Assembly (NCBI GenBank): GCA_964519505.1
Contig: CAZFJX010000008.1
Location: forward strand, 5,236-69,235
Source: an uncultured Desulfurococcales archaeon
Lineage (GTDB): Archaea; Thermoproteota; Thermoprotei_A; Sulfolobales; CAZFJX01
Direction: 5' to 3'
Length of the DNA: 64,000 nt
This document shows, in pieces, positions 1 through 10,017 of this stretch; position 1 is the stretch's first letter, and each line of letters opens with the position of its first letter. The notes beneath the pieces are model-generated. The model made no database searches. It was given only the letters and a program-made list of their open reading frames with translations, and was not told the origin of the DNA. Both the position numbers and the translations under genes were made by a program.

Positions 1-2
1 TA

Positions 3-995
3 GCCGGTACTGGGATTACTCAAGGGATAGGCGTTGGTGGCAGAGATGTTAAATCACCTGTAGGGGGCATCATGACCATAGAATCTATTAGGGCTTTAGA
101 AGCTGATCCAGAGACTAAGGTTATAGCTATAGTATCTAAGCCGCCATCACCTGATGTTCAGGATAAGATAGTTAACTTCATAGCTGAACATACAACAAAG
201 AAGTTCGTAACGTGCTTCATAGGCGGTAAAATATTTAAGGTACCTGAGAAGGCTAAGGGTAGGATAGTACAGACAAGAACGCTACACGCAGCCGCCTTAG
301 AAGCCGTTAAGTTAGTTGATGGAAAGCTATATGAAGAGGCTAAGAAGAGGCTATTCTTACCCAAGGAAGAGATATTCAGGATTGCTGAAAAGGAGTTTAG
401 TAAGCTTGAAAAGGGCCAGAAGTACATTAGGGGCTTATTCACTGGTGGTACCTTGACTTACGAGACCATGGTGATTCTAAAGGAGTTAATAGGTGATGTA
501 TACTCAAACACCCCATTAAAGCCCGAATTCAAACTACCTGACGTGCATAAGAGCATACAGCACACACTGATAGACCTAGGTGAGGAGGAGTTTACAGCAG
601 GTAGGGCACACCCAATGATAGACCCAACCATAAGGCTGCATAGACTTATTGAGGAGGCTAAGGACCCTGAGACCGCTGTGATACTACTTGACTTCGTCAT
701 AGGTTACGGGTCACACCCAGACCCAGCATCAGCACATCTAGAGGCCATTAAGGAGGCTAAAAAGATAGCTGAGGAGAACGGTAGGTACTTATCGATATTA
801 GCCCACATATGTGGTACTGAGAAAGACCCGCAGAACGCTGTAAGGCAGGCGGAGATATTGAGGAACGCTGACGTAGTCATACTACCCACTAACGCCTTAA
901 TGGCACTAACGTCCGCATTAATAGCTGAGAGGAAGATAGATGAGGCTAAGGTAGAGAAGTTCTACACTGAGTTCCTACAAGGCATATACTCCTAA
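3..995 (+). CDS. fdrA: FdrA/YahF-family acyl-CoA synthetase-like protein (5' end lies outside the window)
   Basis: The frame is open from position 3 (AGTGITQGIGVGGRDVKSPVGGIMT...). FdrA motifs GGRD, KPP, GLFTGGTL, DLGEEEFTAGRAHPMIDP, LLDFVIGYGSHPDP and CGTEKDPQ are present. Confidence 0.85.
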   Translation, partial: AGTGITQGIGVGGRDVKSPVGGIMTIESIRALEADPETKVIAIVSKPPSPDVQDKIVNFIAEHTTKKFVTCFIGGKIFKVPEKAKGRIVQTRTLHAAALEAVKLVDGKLYEEAKKRLFLPKEEIFRIAEKEFSKLEKGQKYIRGLFTGGTLTYETMVILKELIGDVYSNTPLKPEFKLPDVHKSIQHTLIDLGEEEFTAGRAHPMIDPTIRLHRLIEEAKDPETAVILLDFVIGYGSHPDPASAHLEAIKEAKKIAEENGRYLSILAHICGTEKDPQNAVRQAEILRNADVVILPTNALMALTSALIAERKIDEAKVEKFYTEFLQGIYS

Positions 996-1007
996 AGGGT
1001 GACCCGC

Positions 1008-1181
1008 ATGGTTGAGAAGGTCTTACAGCTCTTTAGGTCTAAGCCCAAGATAATTAATATAGGTCTAGAACACTTCTATAGGGAGCTTAAGGCCCAAGGT
1101 GTTGAGGTAGGTCACGTACTTTGGCAACCACCACCGAAGCTAGAGAAGGAGCTTGAGGACATACTAAGTAAGATACTTTAA
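1008..1181 (+). CDS. Small FdrA/YahF C-terminal-domain protein
   Basis: IINIGLEHFYRELKAQGVEVGHVLWQPP resembles the C-terminal domain of YahF. ATG at 1008 follows the SD-like AGGGTGA; the ORF track uses GTG at 999. Confidence 0.7.
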   Translation: MVEKVLQLFRSKPKIINIGLEHFYRELKAQGVEVGHVLWQPPPKLEKELEDILSKIL

Positions 1182-1186
1182 CCAAA

Positions 1187-2305
1187 CTATTTTTTCTTAC
1201 TTTGGAGCGTATCTATAAGAGGCTTTTTACCTAAGCACTCAGCAACCGTAAGCAACGTTACACCGTTCTTCTTAGCCTCAACAAAAACATCAGATACATA
1301 CTCCCTCCACCTCCTCTCCCTAAGTAAGTGATGGTCGTATATGATTAGCTTGGGTTTTGAGCTAATTATGGATATTACGTTATCTATAGCCCTCCTTAAG
1401 TTAACCCTGTTAAACATGTAAGGGAATAGATAGGTTGGTGGTCCGTCGAGTATTAGTACGTCAGCCTTAAGCCTAGCTATCCACTCCGCGTAATCCTCAA
1501 TAACAGGTCCCATAAGGTCGCTTGAGAAGAAGATTGCGTAATTACCCTTCCTAATTAATACTGGGGTTACCCAGCCAGTCCTATCGTATTCAATACCATG
1601 GAACCAGGGCTCTAATACCTTAATGTATATGTCGCCAAACACAAACTCCTTACCGTCACCCCAAACGACTCTTGACCCATCACTAAGCCTCATCTCGGTG
1701 ACCCATGGCCCCTTACCCCATAACTTACGTACTAGGTTAGCAAACCATGACTTACCCTTCATTAATAACTCCTCCCTCCTACTTCGGTAATCCCCAAAGT
1801 CCTTAGATAGCGCGATGCTTAAGTTATTAACAGGATCTTCAAAATCTGCTACCTCAGGCTCACTTAAGTACCTGCCTAGGTCATCACCTACTAACTTAAG
1901 TAATTCATTAAGGAATTTACGAGCCCTAAACCACTGACTTTCATTAATATACATGTTAGGATTCTTAACTATTAGTAACTTCCTACATAACCACATCTTA
2001 GTAGGGCTCTTCACATCAGGGTCTGTAGGTATTATGTGATGGTCGTAGTGGTAGTGGGTGATTATTAGTGCTTTAGCCCTCCAGCACCAACTCTCGATAG
2101 AGCTTATAGCCTTAGCCCTTAACTCCCTCTTCTTAGACTTAGGTAGTGGATAGCTAGGCTGCATTTGTGCCGCTCCAGGGTCTATGACTATGACGCCTCC
2201 AGAACCCTCAATACTTACTGAGAAGCTCTTAGCACCCAAGCTATCGGACCATATTAAGTTAATACCTAACTTCTTAAGAAGTTCGTTACAGCCCACTAAA
2301 TACAC
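1187..2305 (-). CDS. UPF0282-family metallo-beta-lactamase-fold hydrolase
   Basis: SDSLGAKS, IDPGAA, THYHYDHH, FSSD, LDGPPTY and YDHHLLR motifs. Confidence 0.8.
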   Translation of the reverse strand: MYLVGCNELLKKLGINLIWSDSLGAKSFSVSIEGSGGVIVIDPGAAQMQPSYPLPKSKKRELRAKAISSIESWCWRAKALIITHYHYDHHIIPTDPDVKSPTKMWLCRKLLIVKNPNMYINESQWFRARKFLNELLKLVGDDLGRYLSEPEVADFEDPVNNLSIALSKDFGDYRSRREELLMKGKSWFANLVRKLWGKGPWVTEMRLSDGSRVVWGDGKEFVFGDIYIKVLEPWFHGIEYDRTGWVTPVLIRKGNYAIFFSSDLMGPVIEDYAEWIARLKADVLILDGPPTYLFPYMFNRVNLRRAIDNVISIISSKPKLIIYDHHLLRERRWREYVSDVFVEAKKNGVTLLTVAECLGKKPLIDTLQSKKK

Positions 2306-2458
2306 CTACAAAAGATATAGTGCTCTTCGTTAAAATGTTCTTTAATCTTCCTACGTTGCTCAATAGGTAATTTATGCTAATGCACTTTCTTTGTACTAAA
2401 ATAAACTTTTTATAGTGCCTCCCCACTTATTTATTATGTCAGTAAAGGGTGTTCTTCT

Positions 2459-4828
2459 GTGGTGTATAGATACGTAGGTAAATCAGTTCCACGTATTGAT
2501 ACTGATAAGGTAACTGGCGAGGCAGAATACCCATTCGACTTTGAGCTCCCTGGGATGGTTTATGCGAAGTTGGTTGCTAGCCCATACGCCCACGCTAGAA
2601 TAGTTAAGATTGATTACAAGAAGGCTCTAGAAGTCCCTGGGGTAATAGCGGTATTCACTGGTAAGGACTTCCCATTTAAAGTAGGTATTTATGCTGCTGA
2701 TAGGGACGTGCTGGCTAGGGAGAAAGCACTTTACATAGGCCACCCTGTAGCGGCGGTTGTTGCTGAGACCTTAGAAGCGGCTGAGAAGGCTGCTGAGCTT
2801 ATTGAGGTTGAGTATGAGCCTTTAAAGGCTGTGTTCGACCCTAAAGAGGCTCTTAAGGAGGACGCACCAATACTCCATGAGAAGTTAGGTGAGTATAGGC
2901 ATGCGGTATTCATAACGCCCGTTCCAGGGACTAACATAGCTAACCGCGTTAAGTTAAGGAAGGGCAATATCGAGGAGGGCTTTGCTAAGGCTGATGAGGT
3001 AATTGAGAATGAGTACTATGAGCCACTAATTAGCCAAGGCTACATGGAGAATTGGGTAGGTGTTGCTAGGGTTAAGAGGGATGGTACTGTAGAGATATGG
3101 TCAAGCCATCAATCACCATTCGCTGTAAGGAACCTACTAGCTCTATCTCTCGGGCTACCAATACATAAGGTCGTAGTACACCACATGTACGCTGGTGGCG
3201 GGTTCGGAGGTAAGGCAGGACTACTGCTAGAGCACATACCAGTACTCCTATCAATGAAGATAGGCGGTAGACCAGTTAAACTTGAGCTAAATAGGGAGGA
3301 GAACTTCCACTACATGGCTCAAAGAGCAGGTTACTATTTCAAGATGAAGACAGGTGCTACCAAGGACGGTAAGTTAGTTGCCCACTGGGGTGAGTACATA
3401 CTCGATGCTGGCGCATACGCTGACTACACAGTCAATATAGCTAGGGCAGTAACCTTTAAGCCCATAGGTCCCTACGAGATACCTAACATACATATAGACA
3501 CTTACTGTGTTTACACGAACAAGGTACCTACGACAGCCTTTAGAGGATTCGGTATGATGGAGATGCACTTCGCATTTGAAAGGCAGATGGACTTACTAGC
3601 GAAAAAGCTAGGTATAGACCCCGTTGAGTTTAGGGTTAAGAATGCCTTAGTGCCGGGTAAGTCATACACAGCTACGCAGGAATTACTAAGGACTGATGCA
3701 GGAGCCCCTGCTGAGGCCATTAAGAAAGCCGCTGAAGAGATAGTTTGGGGCAAGCCCTCAGAGAAGCCTAAAGAGCCATGGCTATATCGCGGTAAGGGTA
3801 TAGCAGCATTCTGGAAAGGACCAGTACAGCCATCTAATGCAGCCTCATCCGCCATAATTAAGTTGAATGACGATGGAAGCGTTGATGTCCTCGTAGGTAC
3901 TGGTGAGATGGGTCAGGGCACCATAACCGCGTTAGCGCAGATTGTTGCTGAGGAATTAGGGATACCTATAGAGAAGGTGAGGATAGCGCCCATGAGGAGT
4001 ACCGACATGGTCGCATACACATGGCAGACAGTAGGTAGTAGGGGCTTATTCAGTGAGGGTCAGTCAGTACTAAGGGCTTTAGAGGACCTAAAGAACCAGA
4101 TCAAGGAGGTGGCTTCACAGATATTCAAGGTACATAAGGACCTAATAGAGATTAAGGACGGTAAGGCGTGCGTTGAGGGTGAGCCGTGGCATTGCGTAAC
4201 ACTCGCTGAGATAGCTCTAGGCTATATGTTCCCAGACGGAACAACAATTGGTGGGCCATTAATCGGTAGGGGTAGTTACGTACCTGCTGCAAACACCTTA
4301 CTAGACCCAGAGACAGGTAAGGGTAAGCCAGCGCCGTTCTATACGTTCGGTGCTGGCGCTGTTGAGATAGAGGTTAATGTACTTACTGGTGAGATCAAGA
4401 TACTTAAGGCGGTAGCCGTACTTGACACGCCCGTAATTAACCCAGCACTAGCTGAGGGTCAGGTATATGGGGGTATAGTTATGGGTAGTAACATAGCGCT
4501 ACGTGAGGAGCTTAAGTTCAGCCCAGACGGCAGGCTACTTAACCCGAACTTCACCGACTATAAGGTAGCTAGGGCTGGTGATACGCCTCTAGAGATGAAG
4601 GCGATATTCTTAGGTGTCGGTCAGTCAGACGCGCCATACGGCGCTAAAGGCATTGGTGAATTAACGATGATACCATGGCCAGCAGCCATAGCTAATGCAT
4701 TAGCTAACGCCATAGGCGTTGAGGTTAAGGCGTTACCCATGAGTCCCGAGAATGTCATTAAGGCCATTAAGGAACAGAGACCTGAGTTGCTTGAGAAGGC
4801 GAAGGAGTTTCTTAAGGTTAAGGAGTGA
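2459..4828 (+). CDS. Xanthine dehydrogenase/aldehyde oxidoreductase family, molybdopterin-binding large subunit
   Basis: GGGFGGK, TTAFRGFG, GEMGQG, GSRG and YGAKGIGE motifs; 789 aa. Confidence 0.92.
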   Translation: MVYRYVGKSVPRIDTDKVTGEAEYPFDFELPGMVYAKLVASPYAHARIVKIDYKKALEVPGVIAVFTGKDFPFKVGIYAADRDVLAREKALYIGHPVAAVVAETLEAAEKAAELIEVEYEPLKAVFDPKEALKEDAPILHEKLGEYRHAVFITPVPGTNIANRVKLRKGNIEEGFAKADEVIENEYYEPLISQGYMENWVGVARVKRDGTVEIWSSHQSPFAVRNLLALSLGLPIHKVVVHHMYAGGGFGGKAGLLLEHIPVLLSMKIGGRPVKLELNREENFHYMAQRAGYYFKMKTGATKDGKLVAHWGEYILDAGAYADYTVNIARAVTFKPIGPYEIPNIHIDTYCVYTNKVPTTAFRGFGMMEMHFAFERQMDLLAKKLGIDPVEFRVKNALVPGKSYTATQELLRTDAGAPAEAIKKAAEEIVWGKPSEKPKEPWLYRGKGIAAFWKGPVQPSNAASSAIIKLNDDGSVDVLVGTGEMGQGTITALAQIVAEELGIPIEKVRIAPMRSTDMVAYTWQTVGSRGLFSEGQSVLRALEDLKNQIKEVASQIFKVHKDLIEIKDGKACVEGEPWHCVTLAEIALGYMFPDGTTIGGPLIGRGSYVPAANTLLDPETGKGKPAPFYTFGAGAVEIEVNVLTGEIKILKAVAVLDTPVINPALAEGQVYGGIVMGSNIALREELKFSPDGRLLNPNFTDYKVARAGDTPLEMKAIFLGVGQSDAPYGAKGIGELTMIPWPAAIANALANAIGVEVKALPMSPENVIKAIKEQRPELLEKAKEFLKVKE

Positions 4829-5730
4829 GGGTGAGAACTATGCCCGCACCCATAATTGTTTATCCAAAACTCCTACCTGAGTTTGAGTACTTCAGACCGT
4901 CAACCCTCGATGAGGCGTTAGAGCTACTTAATAAGCACGCTGGTGAAGCCGCAATCCTCGCTGGAGGTACCGACCTCTTAGTAGATATGAGGTTAAGGAT
5001 TAAGAGACCTAAGTACGTCATAGACATTAAGGGCATTAAGGAACTCCATAAGGTTGAGTATGAGGAAGGTGTAGGTATAACCATAGGGGCTACAGTAACT
5101 CTCAATGAGTTATTAAGGAATAGGGTCATTAGAGAGAAGTACCACGTCCTATGGGACGCTATGAGGCAAATGTGTGATTACCACTTAAGGAATAGGGCTA
5201 CACTCATAGGGAACATATGTAACGCCTCACCAGCAGCTGATAGCGCCCCCGCATTACTAATACTTAATGCTAAGGTGAACATAGCAAGTGCTGAAGGGAC
5301 TAGGACTGTAGATATTAAGGACTTCTTCACATGGGTTAAGAAGACTGTACTCAAGCCTAATGAGTTAGTCACCTCAGTATTTATACCTGAACCACCTAAG
5401 GGCTCTAAAGGTAAGTACTATAAGGTCGTGAGAAGCGTTGAGGATCTAGCCTTAGTGGGTGTTGCTGGGTTAGTAGCTAATCCTAAGGTACCTAGTGAGA
5501 GAATAGTTAGGTTAGCGTATGCATCAGTAGCGCCAACTCCGGTAAGGGTCTTTGAGGTTGAGGAGTTATTTAAGCAGGATAAGCCAATTAGTGAGCTCAT
5601 CGATAAGGCCGTAGAGTTGGTCCTAAAGAGGCTGTCACCGATTAGTGATGTCAGAGCGACTAAGGAGTATAGGTTACACATGATCGATATAGGGACTAGG
5701 TTAGTACTTAAAGAACTCCTTAAGGGGTGA
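4825..5730 (+). CDS. Xanthine dehydrogenase family FAD-binding subunit (CoxM/CutM-like)
   Basis: AGGTDL, RNRATLIGNICNASPAAD and PISDVRATKEYR motifs; overlaps the large-subunit stop. Confidence 0.92.
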   Translation: MRVRTMPAPIIVYPKLLPEFEYFRPSTLDEALELLNKHAGEAAILAGGTDLLVDMRLRIKRPKYVIDIKGIKELHKVEYEEGVGITIGATVTLNELLRNRVIREKYHVLWDAMRQMCDYHLRNRATLIGNICNASPAADSAPALLILNAKVNIASAEGTRTVDIKDFFTWVKKTVLKPNELVTSVFIPEPPKGSKGKYYKVVRSVEDLALVGVAGLVANPKVPSERIVRLAYASVAPTPVRVFEVEELFKQDKPISELIDKAVELVLKRLSPISDVRATKEYRLHMIDIGTRLVLKELLKG

Positions 5731-6212
5731 GACCCATGTCCAGAACAAGAACTATTAGGCTTAAGGTAAATGGTGTTGAGAGAGTCGTTGAAGTTAAGCC
5801 TAACGAGACCTTACTTCATGTACTAAGGGATAAACTACACGTGAAGAGTGTTAAGGCGGCTTGCTGGCGTGGTGAGTGTGGCTTATGTACAGTACTCATG
5901 AATGGTGAGCCAGTAAAGTCGTGTTTAGTACTAGCTGTTGAGGCTGACGGCGCTGAGATACTGACCGTCGAGGGGTTAGCCCCATTCGGGACTTTAGCAC
6001 CTATACAGAAGTCCTTCATAGAACATACGGCATTCCAGTGCGGCTTCTGTACACCAGCATTCATATTGACAGCACACTACATACTCACTAAAAACCCAGA
6101 CGCTACTGAGGAGGAGATTAAGGAATACTTAAACGCCCTAATATGTAGGTGTACAGGATATAAGCAGATAATCGACGCTATTAAGGACGCAGCTAAGTAC
6201 TATAAGAAGTAA
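5727..6212 (+). CDS. Xanthine dehydrogenase family 2x[2Fe-2S] subunit (CoxS/CutS-like)
   Basis: CWRGECGLCTV...CLVLA and QCGFCTP...CRCTGY cysteine motifs. ATG at 5736 is an alternative start. Confidence 0.92.
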   Translation: MRPMSRTRTIRLKVNGVERVVEVKPNETLLHVLRDKLHVKSVKAACWRGECGLCTVLMNGEPVKSCLVLAVEADGAEILTVEGLAPFGTLAPIQKSFIEHTAFQCGFCTPAFILTAHYILTKNPDATEEEIKEYLNALICRCTGYKQIIDAIKDAAKYYKK

Positions 6213-6299
6213 GCTTAAACAAATTTATTTTTAATTCACTACATACGCATTTCCTTAAACCTAGCTAATTACGTAAGCCACAACCGTATTTAGCCCACG

Positions 6300-6357
6300 T
6301 GCCTCAGCACGTACAATTCACATCACTAATCAGTAGCGGTGGAGGCTCATCACCACA
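6300..6357 (-). ncRNA. Archaeal C/D box methylation-guide sRNA
   Basis: The minus strand reads GTGATGA (C box, 6353-6347), gcctccaccgcta, CTGA (D', 6333-6330), tta, GTGATGT (C', 6326-6320), gaattgtacgtg, CTGA (D, 6307-6304). Box order and 12-13 nt guide spacing are canonical, and it lies in an intergenic region. Confidence 0.85.
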
Positions 6358-6454
6358 TAACCCTAAGTTACCGACCTTAAGAACCTTACCTAATACTTAA
6401 ATTCGTGTGGTAGTCATAGTTAAACAGTTAAGTAGGCATCATTAGGGCTTAAGG

Positions 6455-7846
6455 ATGAGTGTGGTTAATGAGTATAGAGAAAGAATAATTAGTGGCCCTT
6501 TACTGAGGACGATCCTATGGCTCGCTTGGCCGCCCATAGTTGCGTCCTTAGTTAATATATCCTATAACTTCATCGATACATTATGGCTTAGTAGGTTAGG
6601 GGCTGCTGAGATGGCTTCACCTAGGCAGGCTTGGTTCATACTCATGGTTATTTACGCTGTTGGTATGGGGTTAACTGCTGGGAATACCGCACTTATATCT
6701 CAGTACGTAGGTGCTGGTGATTTTAGGAGGGCTTCTGAATGTGCTAGGCAACTACTCATATTCGCCTTAAGTGTTGGGTTAGGTTTCTTCGCGTTTCTAT
6801 ACGTGATGGCCCCGCATCTACTTAAGCTATTAGGGACTCCTAAGGAGATTTACGGCTTTGCTGTTAACTACATGAGGGTCGTATCTTTAGGTGTTCCGTT
6901 AGGTTTTGCTGCCTTCGCTTTAGTGACTATCTTCCACGCGTTTGGCGATACTAGGACGCCCACAATGGTCAGTATAGCTAGCACCATACTTAACGCGATA
7001 CTAGACCCCATATTCATCTTTGGACTCTTAGGGCTACCTGCATTAGGTGTTGTTGGTGCAGCTATAGCGACAGTAATTAGTAGGTCGCTTATAGCCTTAG
7101 TAATTACGCCCTTACTCATTAGGGGGTATAAAGGGATTAAGATATCACTTAGGGGCTATAGGTTTGATGCCTCATGGTTTAAGAGAACAGTACGTATTGG
7201 GGGTCCTATAATGGTTCAGCAAGTAACTAACGCATTCGCTTTCACACTACTCTTGGCTTTAGTCAACGTCTTCGGTGTTGTAGCTGCTGCAGCATACACC
7301 ATAGGTATGACAGTGATAAACCTGATTGAGGCAGTACTTAGGGGTTTCTCACAGGCTACCTCAATAATCATAGGACAGAACTTAGGTGCTAATAGCCATG
7401 GTAGGGCCTATAAAGCCGCTAAGCTATCCATGGCGGTAGTCGGGGTAGTGTTAGGTTTAGGTGCTTTACTTTTACTAATCTTTAAGGACCCCTTAATAGC
7501 CATATTCATTAAGGAACCAGCAACCCATGAAGAGGCTATCTTACTTATGAATGTATTTCAAGAAACAAGGAAGTTACTTGACCTATTTGCTATATCAGTA
7601 CCTTTCTTCGGTGTTTTCTTTATATCTATGGCCGTAGCTAGAGGGTCGGGTCATACATTTACCGTCATGATACTCTCAATACTTAGGTTATGGGCTATAA
7701 GACTTGGTCTCTCATATCTATTGGCAATAGTCCTCTTATGGGGAACTACAGGGATATGGTTAGCCATGAGCTTAAGCAACCTATTTGCAGGTCTTGCAGG
7801 TGCTTTATGGGTAGTCAGGGGTAGTTGGTTAAGGAGGGTTATTTAG
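6455..7846 (+). CDS. MATE family efflux transporter
   Basis: Two-repeat ~12-TM architecture; FGDTRTP, NAILDPIFIFG, GAAIAT and GQNLGA motifs. Confidence 0.9.
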   Translation: MSVVNEYRERIISGPLLRTILWLAWPPIVASLVNISYNFIDTLWLSRLGAAEMASPRQAWFILMVIYAVGMGLTAGNTALISQYVGAGDFRRASECARQLLIFALSVGLGFFAFLYVMAPHLLKLLGTPKEIYGFAVNYMRVVSLGVPLGFAAFALVTIFHAFGDTRTPTMVSIASTILNAILDPIFIFGLLGLPALGVVGAAIATVISRSLIALVITPLLIRGYKGIKISLRGYRFDASWFKRTVRIGGPIMVQQVTNAFAFTLLLALVNVFGVVAAAAYTIGMTVINLIEAVLRGFSQATSIIIGQNLGANSHGRAYKAAKLSMAVVGVVLGLGALLLLIFKDPLIAIFIKEPATHEEAILLMNVFQETRKLLDLFAISVPFFGVFFISMAVARGSGHTFTVMILSILRLWAIRLGLSYLLAIVLLWGTTGIWLAMSLSNLFAGLAGALWVVRGSWLRRVI

Positions 7847-7894
7847 CCAGTACCTAAACTTAATAACTTAACCCGTAATTAGGAATTAGGTGGT

Positions 7895-8314
7895 TTGATG
7901 AGTAAGCAACTAAAACCCGGGTTAATCTTAAGGAGGAAATATAAAACCGCCGAGGAGCACTCTGCTAAGTTCTTAGGTAGCGGTGATATTGAGGTACTAT
8001 CAACGCCATCAATGATTCTCTTCATGGAAGAAACCTGTAGGATCTTATGTGATGAAAAACTACCTAAGGAGCTTACCACAGTAGGTGTGAGGGTTGATGT
8101 AAAGCACCTTAAAGCTGCACCCATAGGTGTGGACATAGATGTTATATGTAAATTAAGGGAGGTTGAGGGTAAGAAGTTAATCTTTGAAGTTGAAGCGTAT
8201 TGGGGTGATTTAAAGATTGGTGAAGGGATTCATGAAAGATTCATAGTTAATAGAGAGAGATTCCTAAGTAAGTTACGTGACTTACTCAGATTGAAGACCC
8301 AGCTCACCTCTTAA
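7895..8314 (+). CDS. Hot-dog-fold thioesterase (fluoroacetyl-CoA thioesterase-like)
   Basis: VLSTPSMILFMEE, TVGVRVDVKHLKAAP and GEGIHERFIV motifs. Confidence 0.85.
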   Translation: MMSKQLKPGLILRRKYKTAEEHSAKFLGSGDIEVLSTPSMILFMEETCRILCDEKLPKELTTVGVRVDVKHLKAAPIGVDIDVICKLREVEGKKLIFEVEAYWGDLKIGEGIHERFIVNRERFLSKLRDLLRLKTQLTS

Positions 8315-9311
8315 TAACCCCCTTAATCAGTACTACCCTATCACCTTCCTTAAGTCTGGTATCTAACGCCGGCGTAGGTAATAGTTGGGTTCCTCTAATT
8401 AACGCTACAGGTACATACCTTACCCCCTCCTCACCATAGGACCTCATGAGGGTACTTAATGGACTCCCATCATACTTTTTACTAACGGTTAACTCAACAA
8501 TATCCAGCACACCCTTAGCTGTGGTTGCTTCATTAAGAAACTCAACTACAGCGGGCTCGAATACGGCTGAAGCTAGTGTTCTTCCAAGAAGCTTCATAGA
8601 TATTACTAAGGAGGCCCCAGCCTCCCTCATCAACTCAGCAGACTTAGCCGTACGTGCCATAGCTATAACCTCAATACCTCTATTTAGCCTCTTAAGCATG
8701 AGTATTGTATGTACTGCTTTAGAGTCGTCAGATAAGCATATGATTGCTTTTGAAGCCTTAGAGACTCCACCCCTAATTAACGTATCTTCATCAGCGGGGT
8801 CACCAACAACGAACTCGACATCTAGAGGTTTCTGGGGTTGCTTAGAAAGTACCCAAGCAATTCTGGCGTTACGCATGTTTATCTTGAGCTCATTAATAAC
8901 CTCTTCACAAACCTCTGTATCACCTATAACCAATATATTCACGCCCTTCAACCTACCTAAACCCATAGATTTCTTTAAACTCCTACTTAAGAACTCCTCT
9001 GCAATAACTGATATAAGTAGAGTGAATGTTGCTATACCCATAACAGCGGTCTCAAGAGCTAAAACACGCCCAGCCCATGACTCAGGGACTACATCACCGT
9101 ATCCTATAGTAGCCATAGTTATTACTGACCAATAAAAGGATGTAAAGAGGTCTATATCTCCACGACCATTAACCACATGCTCAATCCAGTAGAAGAGTAA
9201 ACCATTAATTAAGGTAACAATTCCGAACAGAAAGAGTACGAATAGGAATTTACGTTGCCATAAGGTATGTAAGGCCCTCCTAAGCAAGTTATAGACTACG
9301 AATATAACCAA
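8304..9311 (-). CDS. Two-TM potassium channel with RCK/TrkA domains (MthK/Kch-like)
   Basis: Pore signature TMATIGYGD; C-terminal GDPADEDTLIRGGV RCK domain. Confidence 0.9.
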   Translation of the reverse strand: MVIFVVYNLLRRALHTLWQRKFLFVLFLFGIVTLINGLLFYWIEHVVNGRGDIDLFTSFYWSVITMATIGYGDVVPESWAGRVLALETAVMGIATFTLLISVIAEEFLSRSLKKSMGLGRLKGVNILVIGDTEVCEEVINELKINMRNARIAWVLSKQPQKPLDVEFVVGDPADEDTLIRGGVSKASKAIICLSDDSKAVHTILMLKRLNRGIEVIAMARTAKSAELMREAGASLVISMKLLGRTLASAVFEPAVVEFLNEATTAKGVLDIVELTVSKKYDGSPLSTLMRSYGEEGVRYVPVALIRGTQLLPTPALDTRLKEGDRVVLIKGVIKR

Positions 9312-9355
9312 CCACTACACCTAAGCTTATTCTGGCTGAGGTATTTAATTTATGT

Positions 9356-9970
9356 TTAACCACCCTTACTGTAACTCATCATCATACCCATGATCTCAGT
9401 AATTCCACTTCTAATGATTGCTATGGCGAACGCCGCAAGTATTAGCGACATCACCTTATCAAGTATTAACGTACCGTTCTCACCTAACATAGCCCTTAAC
9501 TTACCACCAGCTTGAAGTACTGGTAGAGCTATTAGTGCGTTAACCACTATAGTAAATATAGCTATGTGTAGACCCCACGAATACTTAATATATATTACGG
9601 TAGCTATAGAGCCTGGACCAGCCAGTAACGGCGTTGCCATGGGGACTATCGCTATGGTTCTCTTCTCAGACTTAGGTAGCAACCTAACCTCAAGTAACCC
9701 AAGTATTGAGTAAATGAGTAAGACTAGACCAGCAGCAACCTTAAAGTCGCCCACGGTAATCCCTAAAGCACTCATTAGTAAGTCACCAGCTATGGCAAAT
9801 AGTAGGAGTATTATGGTAGCTGCAACAACACTCTCATTTATTAAGCCCTTCCTCTCCTCATCACTAAAGTCCTTAGTAAGTACGAAGAAGAATGGAGCAT
9901 TAGCTAGAGGGTCAAGTACGATGAATAACAGCACTATCGGCTGCAGTATACTGAGCAGTAACTCTAGCAT
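9356..9970 (-). CDS. MarC family integral membrane protein
   Basis: VLDPLANAPFF, IAIVPMATPLLAGPGSIAT and KVMSLILAAFAI motifs. Confidence 0.9.
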   Translation of the reverse strand: MLELLLSILQPIVLLFIVLDPLANAPFFFVLTKDFSDEERKGLINESVVAATIILLLFAIAGDLLMSALGITVGDFKVAAGLVLLIYSILGLLEVRLLPKSEKRTIAIVPMATPLLAGPGSIATVIYIKYSWGLHIAIFTIVVNALIALPVLQAGGKLRAMLGENGTLILDKVMSLILAAFAIAIIRSGITEIMGMMMSYSKGG

Positions 9971-10017
9971 GCTGATTACCTAAATAAAGAGTTTGCGGGA
10001 ATTTATTAGGCTTATCT

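Noticed and set aside
2459-6212. Aerobic (Mo-Cu) CO dehydrogenase coxLMS
   Set aside because: The active-site loop is AFRGFG, not AYxCSFR, the gene order is L-M-S, and no cox accessory genes are present. CO oxidation here is explained by CooS.
8446-9135. 229-aa plus-strand ORF, and similar shadow ORFs (e.g. 3511-3855, 33670-34176, 27260-27547, 50981-51658)
   Set aside because: They lie antisense to well-supported genes and have no motifs; treated as spurious.
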